Shown here piece by piece: positions 36,297 through 46,674 of a DNA stretch of 64,000 nt. The notes below the pieces were generated by a model, which did not search any database, was not told the origin of the DNA, and was given only the letters and a program-made list of their open reading frames with translations. How positions within the stretch are numbered: the first letter of the stretch is position 1; the number at the start of each line of letters is the position of its first letter. The DNA comes from Verrucomicrobiales bacterium (lineage in GTDB: Bacteria > Verrucomicrobiota > Verrucomicrobiia > Verrucomicrobiales > DEV007). The stretch is from the NCBI GenBank assembly GCA_024638765.1, contig JAHEJT010000004.1, positions 174 to 64,173 on the forward strand, written 5' to 3'. The position numbers and the translations under genes were made by a program.

Positions 36297-39095
36297 TCAG
36301 GCTTTCGCCGGTTCCTTGAAGGACCGCGCAAACGACTTCTTGATATCATCGAGCTCCACCGGCTTGGTCAGGAAATCATTCATTCCCGCTTCCTTACAGG
36401 TCTCCCGCACTCCGGTAAGCGCATGCCCTGTGAGCCCGATGACGATCGGTTGGCGCGGGAGCCGGAAATTGCCGCGAATCTCTTTGGTCGCTTCGACGCC
36501 ACCCATGACCGGCATCTGGAGATCCATCAAAATAACCGCGTAATCCTGCTGGACCACCATGTCCACGGCTTCCTGGCCGTTGCTCGCGAAATCGACCTCG
36601 TAACCCAGCTTCTCAAGAATCATCCCAACGATCTTCTGGTTCATGGCGACATCTTCCACCACCAGCACTTTACCAGGATATTCATCTGCAAACTTTGGTC
36701 CAGCCGCATCACCTCCGCCGGACGTTCCGGAGCCTCGGGCCGGTGGGGTCTGCGCCGCTGGGGCTTGCTCCGCCGGGGTCTGCGCCGCTGGGGCTTGCTC
36801 CGCCGGGGCCTGCGCCGCCGAGGCCTGCACGGGCGCCTGAGCGCCTGCGGCCGCTCCTGGAGTGCCGGTGCTTTCAGCCGATCCTGTCCCAGTGTTCACC
36901 GCGGATGCCGCAGCCGGCTGCGCAGGCTGCTGACGGGAGGCGGGAGCGCCGCCCTGCGTGGGGGCAGCCGCCTGACCATCCTCCTCGGCAAGTTCAGCAA
37001 TAGCGCGCAGGAATCCTTCGTCGCGGATGGGCTTGTGAAGTTCCCGGATAAAAGGGTTGTTTGAATCAAGGGAAGGCGGTGCTCCGCTGGACGCGCCCAC
37101 CGACAGGAAATAAATGCGACGCGCCTCTTTCGAATCGAGATGGCATGAATAAGCGTCCAGGATTGCCGGATCCTTTACCGCAGTATCCATCACGATGATG
37201 TCCGGCTTGAACCCATCCACAGCGGCCACCGACTCGCGGCTAAGGGATGATTCAACGTGGCTGGTGATTCCCCAGTCACCCAGATAGTGATTGAGCAGTT
37301 CGCACATCGTCTCGTTCTCGCAGAGCAGGGCGACACGTTTGCCTTCCACACTGGGCTTCAATTCCTGAACGATCTTAGCGTTTTTCTGCTCGTGATTGGG
37401 AACGATGCGGAAGGGGATTTCGAAGTAGAAATTGGAACCGACACCCGGTTCACTTTCCAGGTAAATATCGCCGCCCATATGATGGCACAGACTCCGGCAA
37501 ATCGCCAAGCCAAGCCCGGAACCGCCATACTTACGCGTTGTCGTCGCATCAGCCTGTGAGAATGCATCGAAAACAAGCTCCAACTTATCCTCAGGAATTC
37601 CGATACCCGAGTCCCGCACGGAGGCATGGAGCCGGGGCACCTCTTGACCATTCGCATCCTTAGCCGTCTTCAGGCTCAGCATCACCAGAATCTCACCCTG
37701 CTCGGTAAATTTAACGGCATTGCCGATGAGATTGACGAGAATCTGTTTCATCTTCTCGAAATCCCCGTAAATCGCCTGTGGCACTTCCGGATCAACGAAA
37801 TAAATAAGCTCGACGCTTCGTTCGGATAAGGTGAACGCAAACATATCGAGCACCTCGATGACGAGTTCCCGGAGGTCGACCGGAGATTCTTCCAACGCCA
37901 TCTTTGTGGACTCGAGTTTCGAATAATCCAGAACATCGTTAATCAGATGTGTCAGGGATTGTCCGCTGGACCGGATGATCCGGGCGAGTTCCCTCTGGGA
38001 GTCGCTCAGGTCCGTTTCCATAAGCAAGCTGATGGTACCGATGATTCCGTTCATCGGGGTGCGAATCTCGTGACTCATATTTGCCAGGAAATCGGATTTG
38101 GCCGCTGTCGCCACCTCCGCCTGCTTCTTGGATCGCAGAATCTCCTGAATGGCATCGTGATTCTTTTTCTCGGCCTCCTCGATTTTCTGGGACATCAGGT
38201 TGAAGCCGCGCTGAGCCTCGCCGACTTCGTCCTTGCGGCATGCGTCGAGCTGAAATCCGACTCTACCCTCTTTGACCTCGTGGATGCCCTTGGTCAGGCG
38301 CTTCACCTCACTGGCAAATCGGTTTGCCATCCAGGCGGAAGCAAGCAGAGCAGGAATTATGGTAAGCAGCCCGCCAAGCAGCATTTTTGAGGAAAGAGGG
38401 TTGAGGCCCAGGTATCCTTCCTTCAGGGGACGGACTGCGTGCAAAACGCCAACAATTTTCCCCGAGGAATCTTTAACCGGAGCTACAGCCGAAATTGTCC
38501 GGCCTTGGCTCCAGTTCCTCCCGAAGAGAATACTTGCTTCTTCTTTGAACTCACTGAACCAGCTGAGCTCATCGCCTTCGGCGTTATGATGATCGATATC
38601 GTAGAGCGACATCCCGGCCATGGCCCTGCGCAACATGGGGCTGGAGGCATCCGAGGACTCGACCAGCTTGCCTTCCTTTGTGGACGTGCCCGATGAAAAC
38701 CGGCATTCCAATCCTCCAGGCTGATTCTCGTTCGGAGTCCAGCAAAAGAGGACTAGGGAGCTGTCACCGGATTGGAGCAGGTTCAGTTGGGCAACACGCT
38801 CCAGTTTCTGCTGGAGTTCCCTGAAGCTTGCCCTCCTCTCCGGGTCGTCGATGACTCCCCTGGGCTCCAAGTCACTGATAATCGAGCCGTCGATCCCGGC
38901 AGCGGTGCTGTTGACGACAGCCAGAAGCTCCTGACCGATAGAGACTTCCACTTTGTGGCGTTCGTACGAAAACACGCTGGCGAAGAAGATGACACCCGCG
39001 ACGAGGACGATCGAAAGCGAGAGCAGCAGCATTCGCAGCGGAAGAGGCAGCAGCGGAAGAGAGATTTTAGGCATACACGTCGGAAACGATAGCAC
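36297..39095 (-). CDS. Hybrid sensor histidine kinase (periplasmic sensor, HAMP, HisKA, HATPase, pseudo-receiver, Ala/Pro/Gln linker, receiver)
   Basis: H-box [13 protein letters not shown] boxes [10 protein letters not shown] and [10 protein letters not shown]-terminal receiver [10 protein letters not shown]...ILMDLQMP...KP. Confidence 0.9.
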   Translation of the reverse strand: MLSFPTCMPKISLPLLPLPLRMLLLSLSIVLVAGVIFFASVFSYERHKVEVSIGQELLAVVNSTAAGIDGSIISDLEPRGVIDDPERRASFRELQQKLERVAQLNLLQSGDSSLVLFCWTPNENQPGGLECRFSSGTSTKEGKLVESSDASSPMLRRAMAGMSLYDIDHHNAEGDELSWFSEFKEEASILFGRNWSQGRTISAVAPVKDSSGKIVGVLHAVRPLKEGYLGLNPLSSKMLLGGLLTIIPALLASAWMANRFASEVKRLTKGIHEVKEGRVGFQLDACRKDEVGEAQRGFNLMSQKIEEAEKKNHDAIQEILRSKKQAEVATAAKSDFLANMSHEIRTPMNGIIGTISLLMETDLSDSQRELARIIRSSGQSLTHLINDVLDYSKLESTKMALEESPVDLRELVIEVLDMFAFTLSERSVELIYFVDPEVPQAIYGDFEKMKQILVNLIGNAVKFTEQGEILVMLSLKTAKDANGQEVPRLHASVRDSGIGIPEDKLELVFDAFSQADATTTRKYGGSGLGLAICRSLCHHMGGDIYLESEPGVGSNFYFEIPFRIVPNHEQKNAKIVQELKPSVEGKRVALLCENETMCELLNHYLGDWGITSHVESSLSRESVAAVDGFKPDIIVMDTAVKDPAILDAYSCHLDSKEARRIYFLSVGASSGAPPSLDSNNPFIRELHKPIRDEGFLRAIAELAEEDGQAAAPTQGGAPASRQQPAQPAAASAVNTGTGSAESTGTPGAAAGAQAPVQASAAQAPAEQAPAAQTPAEQAPAAQTPPARGSGTSGGGDAAGPKFADEYPGKVLVVEDVAMNQKIVGMILEKLGYEVDFASNGQEAVDMVVQQDYAVILMDLQMPVMGGVEATKEIRGNFRLPRQPIVIGLTGHALTGVRETCKEAGMNDFLTKPVELDDIKKSFARSFKEPAKA
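36745..36804. repeat. Perfect 30-bp tandem duplication inside the kinase linker (encodes [10 protein letters not shown] x2)
   Basis: GGGGTCTGCGCCGCTGGGGCTTGCTCCGCC occurs twice back to back, followed by a degenerate third copy. Confidence 0.9.
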
Positions 39096-39200
39096 ATAGA
39101 AATTACTGAAACAATTAGAAAATATGAATATTATAGTAAATATTTAAGCTGCTGGACATCTCTGTGTCCTTGATTCTGAATGGATTGGGCAGAATTTCCC

Positions 39201-39222
39201 AAAAAAACCACCCACCCGGTGG
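39201..39222 (-). terminator. Weak candidate terminator after the cupredoxin giant
   Basis: The minus strand reads CCACC-GGGTG-GGTGG followed by TTTTTTT. The stem is only 5 bp. Confidence 0.35.
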
Positions 39223-39254
39223 CACGGATCCCCCTCGGCAGGCCCTCGAGCCCC

Positions 39255-42113
39255 TTAATCCGCCTTTTCGACTCCGACGCGCATCACCCCGCGCATCACC
39301 CTCCAATGCCCTGGAAACGTGCACAGGTAAGGGTAATCCCCCGGCTCCTCGGGCGCGAAAAATTGCAACCGATGCCGCTTGCGGAGGGCGAGCTGCGGCG
39401 TCCAATGCAGAACCTTCTCAGTATCAGGCACATAATTCCGCTCCAGCCCCTCCGGCGTGGCCGCCATGGCATCCGCCGCCAGCCCGACCTCTTCTTCCGC
39501 ACCCGGCATCACGATCACCAGGTTGTGATACAGGTTGTCCGGATTGACAAACTCGAGCTCCACCGCGCTGCCGGCGGGCACCGCGAAACTCGCCGGCGAG
39601 AACTTTAAATCGGGAGTGGCCGTAATCCTCACCAGGGTGACCTGCTTTTCGCGGTGTTCCAACGGCCACATCTGCCGGGGGACTCTCTGCATTGATTTCA
39701 GGGCAGCGAAGCTCAGTGCCAGATCGCCGGATCCACCTTCGGCATCCACCACCCCGCCCAGTAACTCGACCGCGGCTTCTTCGCGGCCGGCGATCCCCGT
39801 GATGGCCTCCGCCGCAGCCACCCTGATGGCCTTGGGAGCTTTCTCAAGCCGCTCAGCGATAAAAGGAAAAAGATCGCCGGGAGTATCCTCCCGCCCCAAC
39901 AAAGACACTGCCAACAATAAGTCGACCACCGCCAGCGGTCCTTTCGCCGCAGCCAATTCCGCGGCCCGCAACCCGGAACCCTGCACCTTGATCATCAATC
40001 CATATCCATATCGGGACAGATTGCGATTTTTTGATCTGGTCCAACGTTCAGCCGTCTCTTCCGCGACAGTCCTGATCTCATCGGGGCGCGGCCACTTGAT
40101 GAGTAATTTCGACATGCTTGCCAAATAACGGCCCTCCGTATCCTCCTCGACAAGAGACGCCATCAACGCAAAGGAAGCCGAGTCCTCCCCGCCACTCAGA
40201 TGCGCCAGCGCCTCGATGTAAGACCCTGTATCCAGGCCTACTCTCCTCAATATTTCGTAAGCCACCGGTTCCGTCAGCTCTTTCGCCAAAAGTTGCGCGT
40301 CCTCCAGCGTCGGTAAGAGAAACACCTCGACCTCGGACGGCGCGCGACCGGTTACTCCCGCGAGATATCCCAGTGTTTCCTGCGCCGCCAGTTGGAAACC
40401 GGTGTCCATATCGCGATCGAGCGCAAGTGCCGCCACCTCGATGGCAGACTCCGGTTCTACATGGTATCCGCATGCCAGGAGGGCCTCGAGCCGGACTGCT
40501 TGGTGTTCATCCGTGATGGCACGCTCCAGCAACTTTAGAGCGCGATCCGGTGCCATAGACCCCTGCCAGAACCGCAGGACTCGCCCGGCCGCGGTCCGCA
40601 CATGATAATCCTCGCCTCCCAAAAGTCTTTCCAGCAACGCGAAATCGTAATGATTTTGCCCCTGGTAAAGCCATAGCGCTTCCACCTGATGATGCCAGGA
40701 CGCCGGATCCGAGGTCTCCAATCCATGCACCCACTTTTCGATTTCCGGGACAACCGCTCCAGCGTCCCTTTCCTGCAGTTCCCGCCTCGCAAAATACCGG
40801 GTCCGGTAATTGGGATCCTTCAAGAGTTCCAATAAGACATCGACAGAGGCTCCGCGGATCTCCGGTTGCCATACCAGAGGCCGGGACTTATGCGTGATAC
40901 GCCACACTCGGCCATGCGTCTGGATACGGCGGGCATCCCTGAAATTGTAGGTCGTGTGCCCCACGATCGGGTTGTAATAGTCGAGCACGTAAAGAGCCCC
41001 ATCGGGCCCGAGTTGCAGGCCCGTGGGCCGAAACGTGATGTCCGTGGTCGTGAGGAGCTCCTCTTCTCCTCGAGGTTGGGTCGTCCCATAACCCGCGCCT
41101 TCCTCATGGAGTTGATACCACCGGATCCCATGCCAGCCCTTCATTTGATTGGTCACATACCATCCACGCACTTCTTCCGGAAAATGCTCGCTCAATAACA
41201 ACTCGTTCCCGCAGGAGGGCCGGCGTCCCGCCGGCGTGAACGAGTACTGATTCCTGACCGTCGTGAAGCTCTCGTACTTGCCGGGCTTGGGATAATGAAA
41301 GTTGCTCGTCATGTAAGGGAGGTAATAGTTCAAAGCCGGCGACGCGTCCGCGAGCAAAGGTTGCCCCCAATGATCGAAGACAATTCCCCAGGGATTCGAC
41401 CACCCGAAGCTCCCATGGACTTCCAGCTTGTGAGTTCGCGGATCAAAGCGGAACACCGTGGCTTCAAAGGCGCGCACCGGACCGTGGGGGGTTTCAATCT
41501 GAGTGTTCAAGAACAGCCCCTGCCCGAAATACAGTCTCCCGTCGGGCCCCCATTGAAAGCCCGAGGCAACGTGGTGATTGTCCTCAGTCCCCAGCCCGTG
41601 TAATTCGATCCGCTCCTCGTCCGCGACTCCGTCGCCATCGGTATCGGTCAAGCGGAGCAGATTGGGTTCACTAACCACGAACACCGTCCTTCCACCATCC
41701 GCCAGGGCGAATCCCATGGGCAGATAAAGCTTGTCGTAAAACACCGTGCACTTGTCCGCAGACCCGTCCCGGTCCTCGTCTTCGAGAATCAGAATCGAAT
41801 CCCGCGGTTCTACCCCGGGAAGCGCATGGGGATGGCTCGTCACACAGGAAACCCAGAGTCGGCCCCGGGAATCAAATGTCATCGCCGCGGGGCTTTGAAT
41901 CGGAAAATCTTTTTCCGAAGCAAACAAGTTGACCTGGTAATCCTCCGCGACCGTGAAGGCTTCCAAGGCCTCCTCCGGCGACAGCATTTCCGGCAGCGCG
42001 CCCCCAATGAGATCCGTCGCCACCGCGTCGCCACCGGAAATCGAAAGCAGGATTGCCGCCCCCATCGCCGGCCATTTACCGCGCGGAATCCAGTTTTTGA
42101 CTCCGATCCTCAT
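39255..42113 (-). CDS. PVC 'membrane-bound dehydrogenase' beta-propeller + HEAT repeats + C-terminal azurin-like cupredoxin domain
   Basis: The propeller begins near PIQSPAAMTFDSRGRLWVS. The C-terminus has type-1 copper ligands in azurin spacing: YHNLVI (His) and CTFPGHWRVM (Cys-X4-His-X3-Met). Confidence 0.85.
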   Translation of the reverse strand: MRIGVKNWIPRGKWPAMGAAILLSISGGDAVATDLIGGALPEMLSPEEALEAFTVAEDYQVNLFASEKDFPIQSPAAMTFDSRGRLWVSCVTSHPHALPGVEPRDSILILEDEDRDGSADKCTVFYDKLYLPMGFALADGGRTVFVVSEPNLLRLTDTDGDGVADEERIELHGLGTEDNHHVASGFQWGPDGRLYFGQGLFLNTQIETPHGPVRAFEATVFRFDPRTHKLEVHGSFGWSNPWGIVFDHWGQPLLADASPALNYYLPYMTSNFHYPKPGKYESFTTVRNQYSFTPAGRRPSCGNELLLSEHFPEEVRGWYVTNQMKGWHGIRWYQLHEEGAGYGTTQPRGEEELLTTTDITFRPTGLQLGPDGALYVLDYYNPIVGHTTYNFRDARRIQTHGRVWRITHKSRPLVWQPEIRGASVDVLLELLKDPNYRTRYFARRELQERDAGAVVPEIEKWVHGLETSDPASWHHQVEALWLYQGQNHYDFALLERLLGGEDYHVRTAAGRVLRFWQGSMAPDRALKLLERAITDEHQAVRLEALLACGYHVEPESAIEVAALALDRDMDTGFQLAAQETLGYLAGVTGRAPSEVEVFLLPTLEDAQLLAKELTEPVAYEILRRVGLDTGSYIEALAHLSGGEDSASFALMASLVEEDTEGRYLASMSKLLIKWPRPDEIRTVAEETAERWTRSKNRNLSRYGYGLMIKVQGSGLRAAELAAAKGPLAVVDLLLAVSLLGREDTPGDLFPFIAERLEKAPKAIRVAAAEAITGIAGREEAAVELLGGVVDAEGGSGDLALSFAALKSMQRVPRQMWPLEHREKQVTLVRITATPDLKFSPASFAVPAGSAVELEFVNPDNLYHNLVIVMPGAEEEVGLAADAMAATPEGLERNYVPDTEKVLHWTPQLALRKRHRLQFFAPEEPGDYPYLCTFPGHWRVMRGVMRVGVEKAD

Positions 42114-42119
42114 TTTTCG

Positions 42120-43166
42120 TTATGGCTGGGCGCGCAACTCTTTCGCAGCTTGGCTTATCTTCAAATCCAGTTCCCTGATCATGCTATCAAGCTGCATCAT
42201 TTCTGGAGGATAGGAGAGCACTCCGAAGGGTTCCTTACGGCGGCCGAAAATGTATTCGGCGTTTACCGGGCGCCAGCGAAGAAAGAACTGCTTGTTCTTC
42301 GCGACCACCAGTTCTCGCAATCTCGTGAGACTCCGCTCGGAAATTGTCAGGCTCATTTCAAGTTGATCGGCCATCATCCGGCTAACCATGGCATACCCTT
42401 TCCCGTTCAAATGGATTCCATTGATCGTCAGAGACTCTATCCCACCTCGCGCACGCATGAGGTTGAGCGTAGGCCGGAACAGATCCACGAATTGCGTGCT
42501 CTTTGCGCGCGCCACTTCTTCCATCGCCTCGGTGTAAAGAGCGAGGTCGGCATTGTGCGCTGCGGGATCCGGCCAGAAGCCACCCAGATTCTCGTGCGCA
42601 ATCGGTGAAACCAGAACCAACCGGGGTGGGGATTCACCGTTGAATCTGCCCGCGCTGAGCCGATCCACGAAATCTGCCAGATCATCCGCAAATTCCCGGA
42701 CCCCCTCGGCGCCCTTGAAAGATTCATTCATTCCGAAACACAGAAAAATCAGATCCGCTTTCGCCTCGCTCAAGTGTGTCTCCAACTCCCCGAAATTGAG
42801 GGGACGTGGCATCAGCGTCAGTTCATCGGCGCTCCATCCCATATTCCGCACCACCGGCGCCTGATCGACGAAGTGGTAGTGCAGCAGACTTTCAAAAAAA
42901 CCGTGGCCCTGCATCCGCTCGGCAAAGGTGTTCCCCAGAAAGACAATGTGGTCGCCGTCGCGCACCTCAAATGCCCGGGCGGACATTCCCCACGCGACAA
43001 AACAGCTCGCCACGCAACACCTCAGCGCCAGGCAGGCCACGCCCGCCAACTCGGAAGTCAATCTCACAGCGCCAAGATAGAAACGATTCCCAGGTAAGGC
43101 GACCGGATTTTCGCGAAGATCAAGCCCGCAGTTTCTCGTTGCCTCAGGCCCTTGCCGCCGGTTCAA
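42120..43166 (-). CDS. SGNH/GDSL-fold hydrolase-like protein with variant catalytic blocks
   Basis: Block I IVFLGNTF (GNT in place of GDS). Block II NMGWSAD. Block III FGMNESF. Block V NGIHLN (N in place of D). The start is uncertain: in-frame GTG 43067 gives a cleaner signal peptide, MRLTSELAGVACLAL... Confidence 0.55.
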   Translation of the reverse strand: MNRRQGPEATRNCGLDLRENPVALPGNRFYLGAVRLTSELAGVACLALRCCVASCFVAWGMSARAFEVRDGDHIVFLGNTFAERMQGHGFFESLLHYHFVDQAPVVRNMGWSADELTLMPRPLNFGELETHLSEAKADLIFLCFGMNESFKGAEGVREFADDLADFVDRLSAGRFNGESPPRLVLVSPIAHENLGGFWPDPAAHNADLALYTEAMEEVARAKSTQFVDLFRPTLNLMRARGGIESLTINGIHLNGKGYAMVSRMMADQLEMSLTISERSLTRLRELVVAKNKQFFLRWRPVNAEYIFGRRKEPFGVLSYPPEMMQLDSMIRELDLKISQAAKELRAQP

Positions 43167-43246
43167 TCGGATCTCCCCGAAAACCCCTTCCCCTCAGCAT
43201 TTCCCTTGCATTGATAACCTTGCTCCGCCAACTCCACCGGACACGC

Positions 43247-43984
43247 ATGCCCGATTTCATGGGCATCGGCGCCATGCGCGCCGGCACCAGCTGGCTGCGC
43301 AAAAACCTGGAGCGCCATCCCGGTATCTGGATGGCCACTCCCAAGGAACTGCACTTCTTCGACCGGCACGTCGATGAACGGCGCTGGAAATTGCTCTCCC
43401 GGGATACTGATGCGCGGCTCCGCTACGGCCTGCACTTTTCAAAATGTCCTCGGGACTGCCTGGCCGGAGAAATCACACCGGCATACGCCATTCTTCCCGA
43501 AGAAAAAATAGCGGTCATCAAACGGTGGATCCCGGGATTGAAGATTATCTATTTGTTGCGCGATCCGGTGGAGCGAGCCTGGTCCCATGCCCGCAAAGAC
43601 TTTGCGACTTACTGGGGAAAACAGATCGAAGAGGCGACCCTGGACGATCTCCGCCCTTTCTTCACTTCCCCGGATGTCGCACGCCGGAACGACTACCTCG
43701 CGTGCTTGCGCACCTGGTTGCGCCACTTTGAAAAGGAAAATATCCACGTCGCCTTCTTGGAAGATATCGAGGAGACCCCTGAAAGAATCCTGCGGCAGAC
43801 TTTCGGGTTTCTCGGCGCCGACGACTCGGTGTCCCTCGATGCGGAGGAGATTTCCGCGGTGCAAAACCCGCGCCCCCCGCTCCCGATCCCCGAGGAGGTG
43901 CGGGATTACCTGGTGGAATCACGAGAGCGGCAGGATGCGGAACTCGCCGACCTTCTCGGCCGCAGACTCCCCTGGGTGCGGTAA
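43247..43984 (+). CDS. PAPS-dependent sulfotransferase-family protein
   Basis: ORF 42806..43984 trimmed to ATG 43247. 5'-PSB-like GAMRAGTSWL. 3'-PB-like YLLRDPVERAWSH. Confidence 0.75.
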   Translation: MPDFMGIGAMRAGTSWLRKNLERHPGIWMATPKELHFFDRHVDERRWKLLSRDTDARLRYGLHFSKCPRDCLAGEITPAYAILPEEKIAVIKRWIPGLKIIYLLRDPVERAWSHARKDFATYWGKQIEEATLDDLRPFFTSPDVARRNDYLACLRTWLRHFEKENIHVAFLEDIEETPERILRQTFGFLGADDSVSLDAEEISAVQNPRPPLPIPEEVRDYLVESRERQDAELADLLGRRLPWVR

Positions 43985-43991
43985 CCGGTCT

Positions 43992-45944
43992 CTATTTTCC
44001 CCGGTAACGGTAAACGTGATAACTGAACAGCTCTTCAAGCCCTTTGAACGCGTCCCGTCCCGGCAGCTTTTCAAAGCGGGTCCCATCCTCCACCATCGCC
44101 AGCATCTCCGGGTCGTCTTTGTGCGCCTGAATGCGCCCGCATAAGTACACGAACAGGGGCTTTCCGGTTTTCTCCGCCTCCTCGATCAATGCCTCCAGAT
44201 CGCCGGCGCCCTTGAGCACCCGGTCCCACGGGTCGTAACTCTTGATCATGCCCTTGCTGGTCCCGAAGGAACCTGTGAGAGTGGCCGCGCCGGCCGGCGA
44301 CCACGCGGGCGATTCCCCCCGCACCTCCTGCACCACTGACCGCAGCGGCTGACGATCATATTTCCTTATCCGCGCCCGCGCATCTGCGGTAACCCAGGCA
44401 TACATGCACAAGAACACCGTGTGCACGGCTAGGATCATCCGGGTCTGTGCAAGCGGCCGCTTCCCACCCGGCACAAGACGCGCCACCGATTCCACTCCGA
44501 AGCAAATCAGGATCGCGGCGCCTCCCAATCCGTAGAGCACATACCACACGTGCATCCAACTCTCTCTCAACGCTCCGTGCAGGAATCCCACCAGCGCCCC
44601 GCCCAGCAGCGCGGCGCCGACCAACAAGATGCGCTTGTCACGGGCATAACTGTCAATTATTCCCGCGAGCAAGAGAAAGGGCAGGACCCACACCACCATG
44701 AAATAGGTGATCCCGCTTCTTTCCGCCTGGTCGAGCAGGCTGGTGCCGCCATGCAGGGTCGTGTCCGCCGTCTGCCAGGGAATTCCCGCACAACAGTGCG
44801 TCCACCAGTCACGCAACCAGGTCCACCCCATCGCCGCTTGGAAATTTTCGCCCGCCAGGTATTCCCGAATTTGCGGCAACGAGGGCGCCAGCACCTGTAA
44901 CACTGCCATTCCCGACACAATGTTCGCCACCACCAAACGCCCCAGCTGGGCGCGAGCCTCTTCTCCACCCTTCAATTTCAAAGCCGCAACCGCGAAGGCG
45001 ATGCCATTCTGCACCAACAGCAGGTAGAAGCTGCCCGGGTAACTCAGCATCAAGACAAATTGTACCGCCGAGTAGGCCAGCCAGTGGCTCCAACGTCCCG
45101 ATCGCATCGCCTTCAACAAGAACACCAGGGCCAGGAATCCGAATAACAGGACGTAGGCATACCCGCGCGCCTCCACCGAGTACCGCAAATGCCAGGGGTT
45201 CAATGCCAGGAAACATGCTGTCGCCAGGCCGGTGACCGGACGCCCCAGCATCGCCAGCAGGTATGCCGCCGCCACAAGACTTCCAAGCCCCGCGAGGAAC
45301 GGAATAAATCGCACCACCGATTCTTTGAAAACCGCGGACTCGTTGCCCGCAACCGCGCGCCACAACCCGTGACTGATCCGCGCGAATACGCTGTAAAAAA
45401 TGTGATTGTTGCTCTTGTTCCGGAAAAAAGTTTCCTGCCAGCTCACGGGCTCGAATTCCAGGGCCCCCTCGTCGCCCGGTGCTCCCACTCCCCAAATATA
45501 AGTGCGGAAGCCATACTCCTCGTCGTTCCAGAAACTGTGATTCAGGCGGGGAATGCGCTCCCAGGCGCCCACCCCGACGATCAGCATTAGGCCCATCCAG
45601 AACCATCGAGGCATTTGCGCCTTCTGCTCCCGGCGGGCCACCCCCGCCAGGGGCCGCGCCCACCAGCCCGAAGTGATAAGCAACCCCGCCGTCAGCACCA
45701 GGTTTCCCAGCGCCGCCCACCACAGATAAACTGCAGCGTAATGCTCGACCTTCCACGGCTTCCCATCCGCCTCCCGGCGCCCGATGCTTTCGAGAAGAGT
45801 TCCGTCCCAAGGTTTTTCCGCGGCCGCGAGAAACGCGATCAGTCCGGCGATCGTCACGATCAGTGCCCAGCGCCACGCTTTCATACCGGGATTTTTCCTG
45901 CCCCCATCGAAGCGGATGCTGCGCCGAAATTTTTCCAGCCGCAA
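43992..45944 (-). CDS. GT-C fold (ArnT/PMT-like) polytopic membrane glycosyltransferase with a C-terminal soluble domain
   Basis: More than 10 hydrophobic segments. Acidic first-loop motif FWNDEEYGF. ATG 45884 (MKAWRWALIV) is an alternative start. Confidence 0.6.
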   Translation of the reverse strand: MRLEKFRRSIRFDGGRKNPGMKAWRWALIVTIAGLIAFLAAAEKPWDGTLLESIGRREADGKPWKVEHYAAVYLWWAALGNLVLTAGLLITSGWWARPLAGVARREQKAQMPRWFWMGLMLIVGVGAWERIPRLNHSFWNDEEYGFRTYIWGVGAPGDEGALEFEPVSWQETFFRNKSNNHIFYSVFARISHGLWRAVAGNESAVFKESVVRFIPFLAGLGSLVAAAYLLAMLGRPVTGLATACFLALNPWHLRYSVEARGYAYVLLFGFLALVFLLKAMRSGRWSHWLAYSAVQFVLMLSYPGSFYLLLVQNGIAFAVAALKLKGGEEARAQLGRLVVANIVSGMAVLQVLAPSLPQIREYLAGENFQAAMGWTWLRDWWTHCCAGIPWQTADTTLHGGTSLLDQAERSGITYFMVVWVLPFLLLAGIIDSYARDKRILLVGAALLGGALVGFLHGALRESWMHVWYVLYGLGGAAILICFGVESVARLVPGGKRPLAQTRMILAVHTVFLCMYAWVTADARARIRKYDRQPLRSVVQEVRGESPAWSPAGAATLTGSFGTSKGMIKSYDPWDRVLKGAGDLEALIEEAEKTGKPLFVYLCGRIQAHKDDPEMLAMVEDGTRFEKLPGRDAFKGLEELFSYHVYRYRGK

Positions 45945-46161
45945 CCCTATTTCCTTTCGTCGAACATTATCCGCGCAAAGCGGACCCGCAATCCGCCCGG
46001 GCGCGCGACTCCCGCTCGAACCCGCTTTTTCGCGCTTGGATTTCCGCGTCTTCCCCGTATTCTCGTGCCCACGGCGATCGCGGGCCCCGGCCTTGAAAGT
46101 GCCACCTGCCTGCGCATTTCAACTGCCCCCGGTTTTCGTCCAGCCTGATAAAATCCATCCC

Positions 46162-46674
46162 ATGCTCTGCACCCTTGCCGACATCCTCAGGCGCATCCCC
46201 GTGAAAACCATGCTCGTGGTCGTCTTTCTCTGTTTCGTCGACCTGAAGAACCCTCCCCTCTCGATAAAAATGGGTTTCGCCGAGTTCTATCCGCTCTCGT
46301 GCTTTCCCATGTTTTCCACGTTCTCGCCCTATGCGAATTACGTCTACATCACTGATGCGAAGGACGAGCCCCTGGCGCTCTCGCCCACCTTCCATATGAC
46401 CTGCGGAGCCCTGACAAAAAGCTATCGCCGCTTTATCAAGGACCTGCGCGCCGGTATCGGCGGCAAGATCGGCGACCTGAGCCCGGCACAGAAACGTCCC
46501 GCCGGCGAGGCGCTCCTCCGCCGGTTGAGAGATGACATTGCGCCTTCCGCGTTTGCCGACGGCGCATTGCCTCATCTCAAGCTTTACGAGGTCATCCTCT
46601 CGCGTAAGGAAAGCGGGGAAATCGTCCGGGACACGTATCTTGTCGGAGAGCTCAAGGAAAATCCGGATGCCTGA
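46162..46674 (+). CDS. Hypothetical protein
   Basis: ORF 45784..46674 trimmed to the first ATG, 46162. It overlaps the next gene by 8 nt (ATGCCTGA), which supports translation. No motif recognised. Confidence 0.4.
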   Translation: MLCTLADILRRIPVKTMLVVVFLCFVDLKNPPLSIKMGFAEFYPLSCFPMFSTFSPYANYVYITDAKDEPLALSPTFHMTCGALTKSYRRFIKDLRAGIGGKIGDLSPAQKRPAGEALLRRLRDDIAPSAFADGALPHLKLYEVILSRKESGEIVRDTYLVGELKENPDA

